DNA from: Parcubacteria group bacterium
GTDB taxonomy: Bacteria; Patescibacteriota; Minisyncoccia; Minisyncoccales; UBA10102
DNA: 64,000 bases
Reading direction: 5' to 3'
NCBI GenBank assembly: GCA_016203945.1
Contig: JACQLT010000003.1
Span: forward strand, 10,958-74,957
The notes beneath the pieces were generated by a model, which saw nothing but the letters and a program-made list of their open reading frames with translations, searched no databases and was not told the origin of the DNA. The position numbers were made by a program, and so were the translations under genes. Shown here one piece after another: positions 1-7,406 of this stretch (position 1 is the stretch's first letter; every line of letters begins with the position of its first letter).

Positions 1-500
1 AGAGCACCGATCTTCAAGATATAGAAGTATTTTCAAGGATGCATAAGCGCGTATCGCTTCGCCAGCATTTTATTCCCTTCTCTATAGAATACTTGAAAAA
101 AGAGTTTGAGATCTTTTCTCAAAACAACCAGATTCTTCTGTTGTTTGGAGAGTACGAGGGGAAGATTGCGGCAGCTTCCCTCGTAATATTCTGGAGCGGT
201 ATCGGGTTCTATCATCACGCGGCCTCTCTTCCGGAATTTGCCAAGCTTTCCATACCATATTTGCTACAGTGGGAAGCCATTAAGGAAGCCAAGAAGAGGG
301 GATGCTGGCAGTATGATTTTTGGGGGTATGTGGATCCAAAGAATAGATCCTCCCATCCCTGGGCTGGCCCCACGCTCTTTAAGATGGGGTTTGGGGGAGA
401 GGCGCATGAGTATGTGCATACTCAAGACCTTCCTTTGAAATCTCAGTATTGGATAACGTTCATGTTTGAGACCCTGCGGCGCATGCGCCGGGGGTTATAG
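1..500 (+). CDS. FemAB-family peptidoglycan bridge aminoacyltransferase, C-terminal part (5' end outside window)
   Basis: Frame of ORF 39..500 stays open back to base 3. The sequence FYHHAAS...YLLQWEAIKEAKKRGCWQYDFWG is typical of the FemA/FemX C-terminal acyltransferase domain. Confidence 0.7.
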   Translation, partial: STDLQDIEVFSRMHKRVSLRQHFIPFSIEYLKKEFEIFSQNNQILLLFGEYEGKIAAASLVIFWSGIGFYHHAASLPEFAKLSIPYLLQWEAIKEAKKRGCWQYDFWGYVDPKNRSSHPWAGPTLFKMGFGGEAHEYVHTQDLPLKSQYWITFMFETLRRMRRGL

Positions 501-505
501 TTCCT

Positions 506-1294
506 ATGCAGCGGAAATACGGAAAACCTCGCCGCGTCAAACGAAACACCCCATTCTGGCGCAAGAAATACCTTCTTGTGGTCTTTATGACGGTGTGTAT
601 TCTCGGGGGATTAGGATACCTGTTTCTTTTCTCCCCTATGTTCCAGCTGCAGGCGCGGGAAGTGCAGGGAGCCCATGCGGTAGCTCCCCAAGCCCTGTTG
701 GATATGGCCCCTTCGCAAGGCAATCTTCTGTTTATATCCCAAAAGTCAATTGAGAAGAATATTCTCAGTACGTTCCCCGAGATCGGAAGGACGCAGGTCA
801 AAAAGAACTTCTTGTTTCGCAAACTCGTTATTGATATAGTGGAACGCGAAGAAATCGTTCTTTCGTGCAATACAGATGGGAGGCGCGCGGTCCTGCCGTG
901 CATTGCCGTTGATTCGCAAGGGATAGCATTCAGGGGAAAGCAGGAAATCCCGGCAGGCATGCCCATACTTGTGCTATCCGAGCCCATTCCTTCCCTGGGA
1001 GCAAAGATTCTGGACTCGAACATCATTCCTTTCGTCGTTGAGTTGAAACGGTCTCTTGACGGCTGGAATGTGCTCCAGGACATGAAAACCAAGATTGAAT
1101 ACTTTTCTTTGGCTCCAAACCTTGTTTCAGTGCACATGACAGAGGGTTGGGAGATATACTTTACTCAGGAAGAAGACCGCAGTTGGCAAGAAACCAAGCT
1201 GCGAGAAGTACTTGAGAAGCAGATTCCTCAGGAGAAACGCAGCCGTCTTCAATATATTGACGTTCGTTTCGGCAACCAAGCCTACATCAAGTAA
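506..1294 (+). CDS. ftsQ: Cell division protein FtsQ/DivIB-like
   Basis: 262 aa with a basic N-tail and a single TM (LLVVFMTVCILGGLGYLFLF). This is followed by a POTRA-like segment (IEKNILSTFPEIGRTQVKKNFLFRKLVIDIVEREE). Confidence 0.7.
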   Translation: MQRKYGKPRRVKRNTPFWRKKYLLVVFMTVCILGGLGYLFLFSPMFQLQAREVQGAHAVAPQALLDMAPSQGNLLFISQKSIEKNILSTFPEIGRTQVKKNFLFRKLVIDIVEREEIVLSCNTDGRRAVLPCIAVDSQGIAFRGKQEIPAGMPILVLSEPIPSLGAKILDSNIIPFVVELKRSLDGWNVLQDMKTKIEYFSLAPNLVSVHMTEGWEIYFTQEEDRSWQETKLREVLEKQIPQEKRSRLQYIDVRFGNQAYIK

Positions 1295-1338
1295 TCCTAA
1301 ACTCGGTTTAGGTGTGGATAACTAAACCGAGTTTAGGA
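1295..1338. terminator. Bidirectional hairpin between convergent genes, loop = TGTGGATAA
   Basis: tcctaaactcggtttagg (1295-1312) pairs with ctaaaccgagtttagga (1322-1338). It starts 1 nt after the ftsQ stop and ends 1 nt before the stop of the minus-strand gene. Confidence 0.6.
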
Positions 1339-1339
1339 T

Positions 1340-3163
1340 TTATTGGGTGAGATGGTAGATGAAGATGGAGGTGCCGGCGCGGGCTACGGGCGTGTATTGA
1401 TCGAGCCAGCGGTAGTAGTCGGTGGATTGATTGAATCCAGGAACTGGGTTTGCAACTCCTCCCAAGAATTGGTTAATAGAGACAGCAACCCATTCTGTAA
1501 CCCCGGCTTCTTTTAGGGTAAGTCCTTGCGACAAATCATCAGCAACCTTTTTAGGATCGAGTTTTACATACCTATCCCCAAGCCAATATTCCGCGTTCTC
1601 TCCGCCAAAATAGTCCAGCTGGATTTTTTGTATATTATTCCTTTCAACAAAGTCGAGTAGGCGGTAGAAGTCCTGGCCCCAGTCATAGTTTGAATCCACG
1701 GCAATGCGCCATCCCTGCCCCTTTGCGAGCTCATTGTAATACGAGAGATAGCTAGGGAATGATGCAAGCGAGGAACTTACATACCATATACCAAGAAGCA
1801 GAACCACAGAAACGAATGGTTTCTTAAGGTTATGCCGAATATGCGCATGTGTTTCTTTGATGGACCACGCCACGATAAGAAAGAGGAACGGGTACGCGGG
1901 AAGAAGATGGCGGATGCCGATGTTCAAATTTCCCAACACGGCAAAACCCCAGTAGAGCAGGATAAACAAGAGCGAGGAAACAATGGCAAAGTGCGTTCGC
2001 AGCCAAACCATGCCTACCGGCAGGCAGGAAGAAAGGCGCTTTGCGTTTCGGAATATCAGAAACAGAAGACCTGCAATGGCAATAAGGGCGAGGAGATGCA
2101 GGGCCAAAGGTTCTTTAAAGAGGTAGAGGGTTGGGAAGTATGAGTCAAAGCCAGATCCTGAAATGCTTCCCATAAAGTACGTCGTGTTGCCGAAAGAAAC
2201 ACGTTGGCTTGCCATGAGCACGCCTCTGGCATATTGGGCAAGGGGTCGCAGAATAGGGATGTCTGACATGGAAACGACGACGCTTTCTGCCGCGCTTGTT
2301 CCTCCTGCTGCCAGGTCAGCTGCCGTGTCCCTCAGTTGATGGTCTGCGGGATAGTTCCAGACGTGGAATTGATAAACAGGGAATATGACGCCCGCAACCC
2401 CGATTATTCCCACCAAAGATCCCAAGAGAATATATTTACCCAATTCTTTTGGAAGACCCGAGATGCGATTGTTCAGCAGGACAAAGAGCAAAGTGAGTAG
2501 CGCAAAGAAAGGTATGAGGAGGGCCAAGGTAAATTTCAGGATCATCGCTATCCCAAAGACAACGCCGGCTTTAAAGATGTTTGTTTTTGTCGGGTGTTTG
2601 AGAAACTCCAGCCAGAGGAATGTTGCCGTGAATGCTCCCAAGGCGGCGGCAACGTCATTGGTCACCAATCTTCCATGGGCAAGAAATGTGGGCGAGAACG
2701 CAAACAAGAAAAGAACTCCCAGGGCTACTGCGTTTCCAAAAAGCCTGCGTGTTGTTCTGAAAAGAATCCAACCCAGGAATAAAAGCAGTCCTATCATGGG
2801 GAGGCGCGAGAAAAAAATGATTTGCTTAGGATCATTTCCTAACCGGTAAAGAAACTCAGTTCCCATATCAAACTGCACCCACCAAGGAGGAGCTTCTTTT
2901 GTCTGCAGCCAAACTTCTTTATCTGCAGGAAAGTGCAGGTCTAGGAAAAGGAGGGGAGTAGCAGCCAAGTCCTTGAACAGAGGAGGGTGTTCCGGGTTGA
3001 GGCGGTAGTCTTGTTGGGTAAGATACGAATATCCTGCAGGGATGTGAGCCAACTCGTCAAAGGTCAAGGAGTCAGAGCGCATGCTAAAAAAGGCCCCAAC
3101 TCCCATGATACAAAGGAGGGCGAAAGCGAATATGCTTGCGTTGTGCTTACGGAACAGGGACAT
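1340..3163 (-). CDS. GT-C fold glycosyltransferase (GT39/PMT-like, lipid-carrier dependent)
   Basis: 607 aa polytopic membrane protein. After TM1 it has an FDELAHIPAGYSY loop (DE..H motif of PMT-type enzymes), and it ends in a soluble C-terminal domain. Confidence 0.7.
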   Translation of the reverse strand: MSLFRKHNASIFAFALLCIMGVGAFFSMRSDSLTFDELAHIPAGYSYLTQQDYRLNPEHPPLFKDLAATPLLFLDLHFPADKEVWLQTKEAPPWWVQFDMGTEFLYRLGNDPKQIIFFSRLPMIGLLLFLGWILFRTTRRLFGNAVALGVLFLFAFSPTFLAHGRLVTNDVAAALGAFTATFLWLEFLKHPTKTNIFKAGVVFGIAMILKFTLALLIPFFALLTLLFVLLNNRISGLPKELGKYILLGSLVGIIGVAGVIFPVYQFHVWNYPADHQLRDTAADLAAGGTSAAESVVVSMSDIPILRPLAQYARGVLMASQRVSFGNTTYFMGSISGSGFDSYFPTLYLFKEPLALHLLALIAIAGLLFLIFRNAKRLSSCLPVGMVWLRTHFAIVSSLLFILLYWGFAVLGNLNIGIRHLLPAYPFLFLIVAWSIKETHAHIRHNLKKPFVSVVLLLGIWYVSSSLASFPSYLSYYNELAKGQGWRIAVDSNYDWGQDFYRLLDFVERNNIQKIQLDYFGGENAEYWLGDRYVKLDPKKVADDLSQGLTLKEAGVTEWVAVSINQFLGGVANPVPGFNQSTDYYRWLDQYTPVARAGTSIFIYHLTQ

Positions 3164-4667
3164 AGAGGAAGACCCGGGGGAATATCTTCAATATCCCTTG
3201 AGGGTAGCGAAGCAAGAGAGCGTCAATGATGCCGCGCTCCTGGTTCATGGTGATGAGAAAGTCTCCTTTCTGGAACGTTCGCGTTTCGGCATCTTGAATA
3301 CTGATGAATATGGCATCTTGTTTGCCTCCGGTTCTCTGGATGAACTTTACCGTTTCTGTGGGAAGGTCCCCTTCGCTTTCCACCACGTACTTTCTTGCTT
3401 CTGCCGGTAGATCATTGGCTATCGTCCCCGCCTCAACAAATCTTGCGGTGAAGGCATCCTGTACCTGGGGCATCTTTGCCCAGACCAGGAAATATTCGTT
3501 GAATACGACAATGGCGCTGCTCGTGAGAAAGAAGCCGAGCAGGATAGGAAAGAGAGTTCTCGGAGCCTTTTTCTGATCTAATATATTCTTCAGCCAGAAG
3601 AAGAACAGTGCGCCTCCCAGGCCCGCCAGGGCATAGAGCGCGGGTATGACCCCTATGACCCGAAGCGCGTGCGGAGTGCCTTCAAAGGTAAGGACGCCTG
3701 GCAAGAGAAGCGCAAAGAACCAAATGAAGAGCAGGGCATATGAGCCGTTCCATTTTTTGAAAGCGTAGGCAATCGCAAGAAGGAAAAACAATCCTGCTGT
3801 AACAGAGAGCTGAGGGCGCCCCGCAAAGTTATGTCGCCAGTTCTGGTCTCCCGCGACATGAAACATGGCAAGGTGCTTTGCCGCGCTCTCTCCAAAAGCC
3901 AGGAGGGGATTGTCTTTGGCGAATATTGAGACGCCCTCTGCCCGGGAAACGAAGAATTCCGGATGAGAGGCAAAGTACAAGAGCAGGGGAGTGGATATTG
4001 CAATTGCGATAAAAGAAAAAGCACAGACTGAAACGATGAATCGTTTCCCCCATTGCTCCTTGAGCGCCTGAAAAAGCCATATGAGAAGGGCAGCTGCCAC
4101 GAGTAGCGCAGAAAGGCGGAAACTGATGTAGGTGTACGCGCCCAAGCCGTAGATTACTCCTGCGGCGGCAAAGTTCCACAGCTTTCTGGTGCGCATGCCC
4201 CGTAATAGGAAAAAGAAAGCAAAAGAAAGAACAAGTGGCAGGAGGATGGCTCGAAACTGAATGCGGCTGAAGTTAATGTGCCAGAACGAAACTGCGAGCA
4301 GGAAGGCGGCAAGGAGGGCTGCAAGCTCTGCCCGTTTCTTGTCTAGGATTTTCAAGAGAAGTTCTTTGGAAAGAAGGTATTGACCCAAGATGGTGAGGAT
4401 TCCGGCTATAGCCGGCACGATCTTGAAAGACCATATACTGATGCCGAATACGGCAAAAGAGAGAGCTGTGAGGTTGTTGAACAGTCCTTCCCTGCCGTTG
4501 TTCGCGGGATAGAAGATCTGAGGCTGTTTTGTTTCAAGGGTTTGAATCGCATCAGTTGCGTTTTGCGCCTCGTCAGGATAGATGCCGGGAGGGACGACTT
4601 CAAGCTGCCACAGTCGCAGGAAGGCGGCTAGAAGGAGCACGAGAATCAATCCGAGCCTCACACCCAT
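3147..4667 (-). CDS. GT-C fold glycosyltransferase (ArnT/PMT_2-like)
   Basis: 506 aa polytopic protein with a GIYPDEAQNA loop after TM1. It overlaps the downstream paralog by 17 bp. Confidence 0.7.
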   Translation of the reverse strand: MGVRLGLILVLLLAAFLRLWQLEVVPPGIYPDEAQNATDAIQTLETKQPQIFYPANNGREGLFNNLTALSFAVFGISIWSFKIVPAIAGILTILGQYLLSKELLLKILDKKRAELAALLAAFLLAVSFWHINFSRIQFRAILLPLVLSFAFFFLLRGMRTRKLWNFAAAGVIYGLGAYTYISFRLSALLVAAALLIWLFQALKEQWGKRFIVSVCAFSFIAIAISTPLLLYFASHPEFFVSRAEGVSIFAKDNPLLAFGESAAKHLAMFHVAGDQNWRHNFAGRPQLSVTAGLFFLLAIAYAFKKWNGSYALLFIWFFALLLPGVLTFEGTPHALRVIGVIPALYALAGLGGALFFFWLKNILDQKKAPRTLFPILLGFFLTSSAIVVFNEYFLVWAKMPQVQDAFTARFVEAGTIANDLPAEARKYVVESEGDLPTETVKFIQRTGGKQDAIFISIQDAETRTFQKGDFLITMNQERGIIDALLLRYPQGILKIFPRVFLYVPVP

Positions 4668-5608
4668 CGCTTGCGCTTAAAATATAGATATAGCGTCACC
4701 ACGGCAATTGCCATGAATATCATGATGAACCAATAATCTTTCGTGTGGTTTCCGATCGGCAGCTCAACATTCATGCCAAAGATGGAGGCGATGAGCGTGA
4801 GCGGAAGAATGAGCGTGGAAAGCACGGTGAGGAGTCGCACAACCTCGTTTGTCTTTGCGGTGAGCAGGGAGTTGTTGGTCTCTTCAAGTGCCCGCACGGT
4901 TTCCCGGGCAGTTTCTAGCTCGTGGACCGACTGGTTGTAGTCGTCCACGATGTCCGAGAGATAGGGCTCAACTTCGGATCCAAAGAAGTCAGCGCCTTCT
5001 TTCCTGAGCCGCTCGAGGATTTCTCCTTGAGGTTCAACGATCCTCCAGAAATTGATGACATCCGCTTTTGCCAGCGAGATTTCCCGCACTTGGGTGCGTT
5101 CTTCTCCCTGGAAGATCTTCTCTTCGATCTGGTCTATCTTCAGGTTGACCCTCGTGAGTTTTAGCAGAGACTGCTTCCAGAATCCGCTGAGAACATAGAA
5201 GAGAAGGTATCCTGAACTTTGGCCGAGATAGTTGCCTCTTGCCTCGGGATACATGTTGCACTTGTCAAACAGCGCCTTCACCGGAACAATGGAGCTGTAG
5301 TGTACCGTGATGAGCGCGTTTTTGGTCACCAGGATGTCAAGCTCCCGGGGGCGGGTTTCTTTCCGTTCTTTGCTGTATACGGGGTAATAGAGAATGAGAG
5401 AAAGGTAATCTGGAAAGCGCTCCACCTTGGGACGCCAGGCGGGAATCAAGAGTTCGTCCAATACCAAAGGATGAAAATGAAAACTCCGGCGCAAGTCGTC
5501 AATATCTTTTCGGGTGGGGTTCTGAATGTCCACCCATTTTACGGTTGGCCCCTGAATCACCCTGAGCATTACAGCAGTATACCACAGCAAGAATATATCA
5601 AACAACAT
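4658..5608 (-). CDS. corA: Magnesium/cobalt transporter CorA
   Basis: 316 aa with two C-terminal TM helices carrying the FGMNV (GMN) signature. An AAGGA lies 5 nt upstream of the ATG at 5608. Confidence 0.85.
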   Translation of the reverse strand: MLFDIFLLWYTAVMLRVIQGPTVKWVDIQNPTRKDIDDLRRSFHFHPLVLDELLIPAWRPKVERFPDYLSLILYYPVYSKERKETRPRELDILVTKNALITVHYSSIVPVKALFDKCNMYPEARGNYLGQSSGYLLFYVLSGFWKQSLLKLTRVNLKIDQIEEKIFQGEERTQVREISLAKADVINFWRIVEPQGEILERLRKEGADFFGSEVEPYLSDIVDDYNQSVHELETARETVRALEETNNSLLTAKTNEVVRLLTVLSTLILPLTLIASIFGMNVELPIGNHTKDYWFIMIFMAIAVVTLYLYFKRKRWV

Positions 5609-5611
5609 TTC

Positions 5612-5649
5612 TATCCTTGGCTGTATCCTTGTATCCTTGACTATCCTTG
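5612..5649. repeat. Four tandem copies of TATCCTTG (CAAGGATA on the corA strand)
   Basis: Copies at 5612-5619, 5624-5631, 5632-5639 and 5642-5649. The array begins 4 nt upstream of the corA start codon. Confidence 0.85.
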
Positions 5650-5686
5650 GCTAAGCCAAGGTGTGGATAACTTGGCTAAGCCAAGG
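5645..5686. repeat. Perfect hairpin/cruciform with TGTGGATAA in the loop
   Basis: ccttggctaagccaagg (5645-5661), then tgtggataa (5662-5670), then cttggctaagccaagg (5671-5686). The architecture is the same as at 1295-1338. Confidence 0.7.
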
Positions 5687-5698
5687 AAGGAAGCAGAG

Positions 5699-5727
5699 TT
5701 GACAGGAAGAGAGATATATGCTATACT
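5699..5727 (+). promoter_or_regulatory. Near-consensus sigma70-type promoter
   Basis: TTGACA (5699-5704), exactly 17 nt of spacer, then TATACT (5722-5727). Confidence 0.55.
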
Positions 5728-5734
5728 GTATATA

Positions 5735-6181
5735 TCCTGGCAGCAGAGTGGGAGCTGTCGGATAAACGGAGAAGATCTCCGCGCCTTCCAGAAGAACCGG
5801 GAGGAAGCGTATTTCAACCGAAAGAACCGGCACCATCGGGAAGGACCCGATGGAGAGGAGATAGCTGTGATTGGCAATGTATTCAAAACGATTTTCTGGC
5901 CACTCCGCAAGCCCCTGGATTTCCTGATCCTGGACATCCTGCGCGAGTCTGTTCCTCTGTTGCGTCGGAGGAGGGAGAGGGACCATCTTCCGCAGAAGTG
6001 AAAGACGAGCTAGCACCAAGGTCTGGGGGTGGACCCACTCCACCCCCAACCCAAGTCCCGCTAAGGGTAACACCAAGGCGGACGTTTTGTTTTAGAGGGG
6101 TACGCATTAAAAAAGCTATCGCCCAATTAATGAGTTTTGTCGGGCTGGCAGTCGCAGGGCTTGACTGCTAATTTTGTTTTT
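5735..6181 (+). ncRNA. Orphan transcription unit without convincing ORF (candidate structured RNA; class unknown)
   Basis: Starts at the promoter at 5699. Contains strong hairpins: CCATCGGG/CCCGATGG (5833-5853) and TGGGGGTGGA/TCCACCCCCA (6024-6048). Ends at a terminator, GCAGTC/GACTGC (6148-6168) plus a T-run to 6181. The best in-unit ORF is only a 44-codon GTG ORF (5867..6001). Confidence 0.3.
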
Positions 6182-6189
6182 CGTATCAT
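6161..6189 (+). promoter_or_regulatory. Putative hrcA operon promoter
   Basis: TTGACT (6161-6166), 17 nt of spacer, then TATCAT (6184-6189). Confidence 0.5.
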
Positions 6190-6192
6190 AAT

Positions 6193-6227
6193 AAAGAGAG
6201 TATTCGCTTCAGCGAAACACTCTCTTT
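6193..6227 (+). promoter_or_regulatory. Inverted repeat at the hrcA transcription start (candidate HrcA operator, non-CIRCE sequence)
   Basis: AAAGAGAGT (6193-6201) pairs with ACTCTCTTT (6219-6227), with an inner TTCGCT/AGCGAA pair. It lies 4 nt after the -10 element and 11 nt before the hrcA ATG. Confidence 0.5.
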
Positions 6228-6237
6228 AACGAAAATT

Positions 6238-6930
6238 ATGGGGATTACGGAGAGACAAAAAACAATACTAGAAAATTTGGTGGCAGGATACATTCAGTCA
6301 GCTCACCCAATCAGCTCCCAATGGCTGGAAGAAGAAGGGGATTTTGATTTTTCTCCGGCCACCATTCGCAATGAGCTTATGGCGTTGACCGAAAGAGGAT
6401 ACTTGGAACAGCCTCACGTGTCAGCGGGAAGAGTTCCAACTGACCGAGGGTATAGGTTCGTGGTAGACGAGATTTTACAAGACCTTCAGGAGAAGGAACA
6501 GAGGCTGGAACAGGAAATGCGGGATTATTTCTCGCTGTTTGAACAACTTACTGAATCTTCTTCTGCCCTGGTGCTTGGGTACGGGCCAGGAGCCAAGCGA
6601 GTATTTCGAGAGGGATGGGAGCGGGTGCTCCGTGAGCCCGAGTTCGGAGAAAGAAGTTTTTTGTGGAACCTGACGAAGTTCGTAGAAGACATCGAGGAGA
6701 ATATCCGGGGGTTTCTTCCCGCAAAGGCAACAGAAGTGTATATTGGCAAAGAGAACCCGTTCTCTAAAGTGAAAGATTTTACCATCATCGTTCGCAGGTA
6801 CGGCATTGATTCTATAGAGGACGGCCTGCCTGCGCAGACAGGTTTGGTTGCCATGGTGGGCCCCAAGCGCATGGAGTACGAAAAGAATATTGAACTGATC
6901 ACTTCATATGGAAGAAGAAAAGACAACTGA
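6238..6930 (+). CDS. hrcA: Heat-inducible transcription repressor HrcA (short form)
   Basis: The N-terminal winged helix SPATIRNELMALTERGYLEQPHVSAGRVPTDRGYRFVVD is the HrcA signature. The protein is 230 aa, versus about 340 aa in typical HrcA. Confidence 0.85.
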   Translation: MGITERQKTILENLVAGYIQSAHPISSQWLEEEGDFDFSPATIRNELMALTERGYLEQPHVSAGRVPTDRGYRFVVDEILQDLQEKEQRLEQEMRDYFSLFEQLTESSSALVLGYGPGAKRVFREGWERVLREPEFGERSFLWNLTKFVEDIEENIRGFLPAKATEVYIGKENPFSKVKDFTIIVRRYGIDSIEDGLPAQTGLVAMVGPKRMEYEKNIELITSYGRRKDN

Positions 6931-7387
6931 AGAACCGCAGGGACAGCTGGAGAAGGCAGCAAAGGAGCGCGACGAGTATCTTGCAGGATGGCAGCGCTCG
7001 CGGGCAGACCTGATGAATTACAAGAAGGAGGAGATGGAACGCATTGGGAGTCTTATGCGATACGCCCAAGAAGAACTTCTTTTGAAATTGCTTCCGGTGC
7101 TGGATAATTTGGAGAGGGCCGAAAAACAGGCGAGCCAGCAGGACAAGGAAAGCAGCACGGTGCAAGGATGCTTTCTCGTGATTTCCCAGCTCAAAGAATT
7201 CTTACGGAACCAGGGAGTGGAGGCGCTGCATACAGAAGGAGAGAAGTTCAATCCAGAACTCCACGAAGCAGTAGGAGAGGAAGCCGCAGAAGGAAAAGAG
7301 CCCGGAACCGTGCTTGAAGAAGTCGAACGAGGATACCTGCTCTTGGGAAAATTGTTAAGACCTGCTAAAGTGAAGATTGCGAAATAA
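6908..7387 (+). CDS. grpE: Nucleotide exchange factor GrpE
   Basis: Contains [10 protein letters not shown]...[11 protein letters not shown] motifs. It sits between hrcA and dnaK. Confidence 0.9.
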   Translation: MEEEKTTEEPQGQLEKAAKERDEYLAGWQRSRADLMNYKKEEMERIGSLMRYAQEELLLKLLPVLDNLERAEKQASQQDKESSTVQGCFLVISQLKEFLRNQGVEALHTEGEKFNPELHEAVGEEAAEGKEPGTVLEEVERGYLLLGKLLRPAKVKIAK

Positions 7388-7406
7388 TTCAATAATATAT
7401 GAATAT

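Noticed and set aside
5685-5696. The 12-mer GGAAGGAAGCAG is identical to the conserved core of SRP (4.5S) RNA domain IV.
   Set aside because: I could not build the required helix 8. No GGUCAGGUCC-type 5' strand is present, and the GNRA loop closure fails. The motif also lies upstream of the -35 element of the only promoter nearby.
5219-6001. A 260-aa plus-strand ORF.
   Set aside because: Most of it is antisense to corA, so it is a shadow frame. The remainder has no normal start codon except a GTG giving 44 aa.
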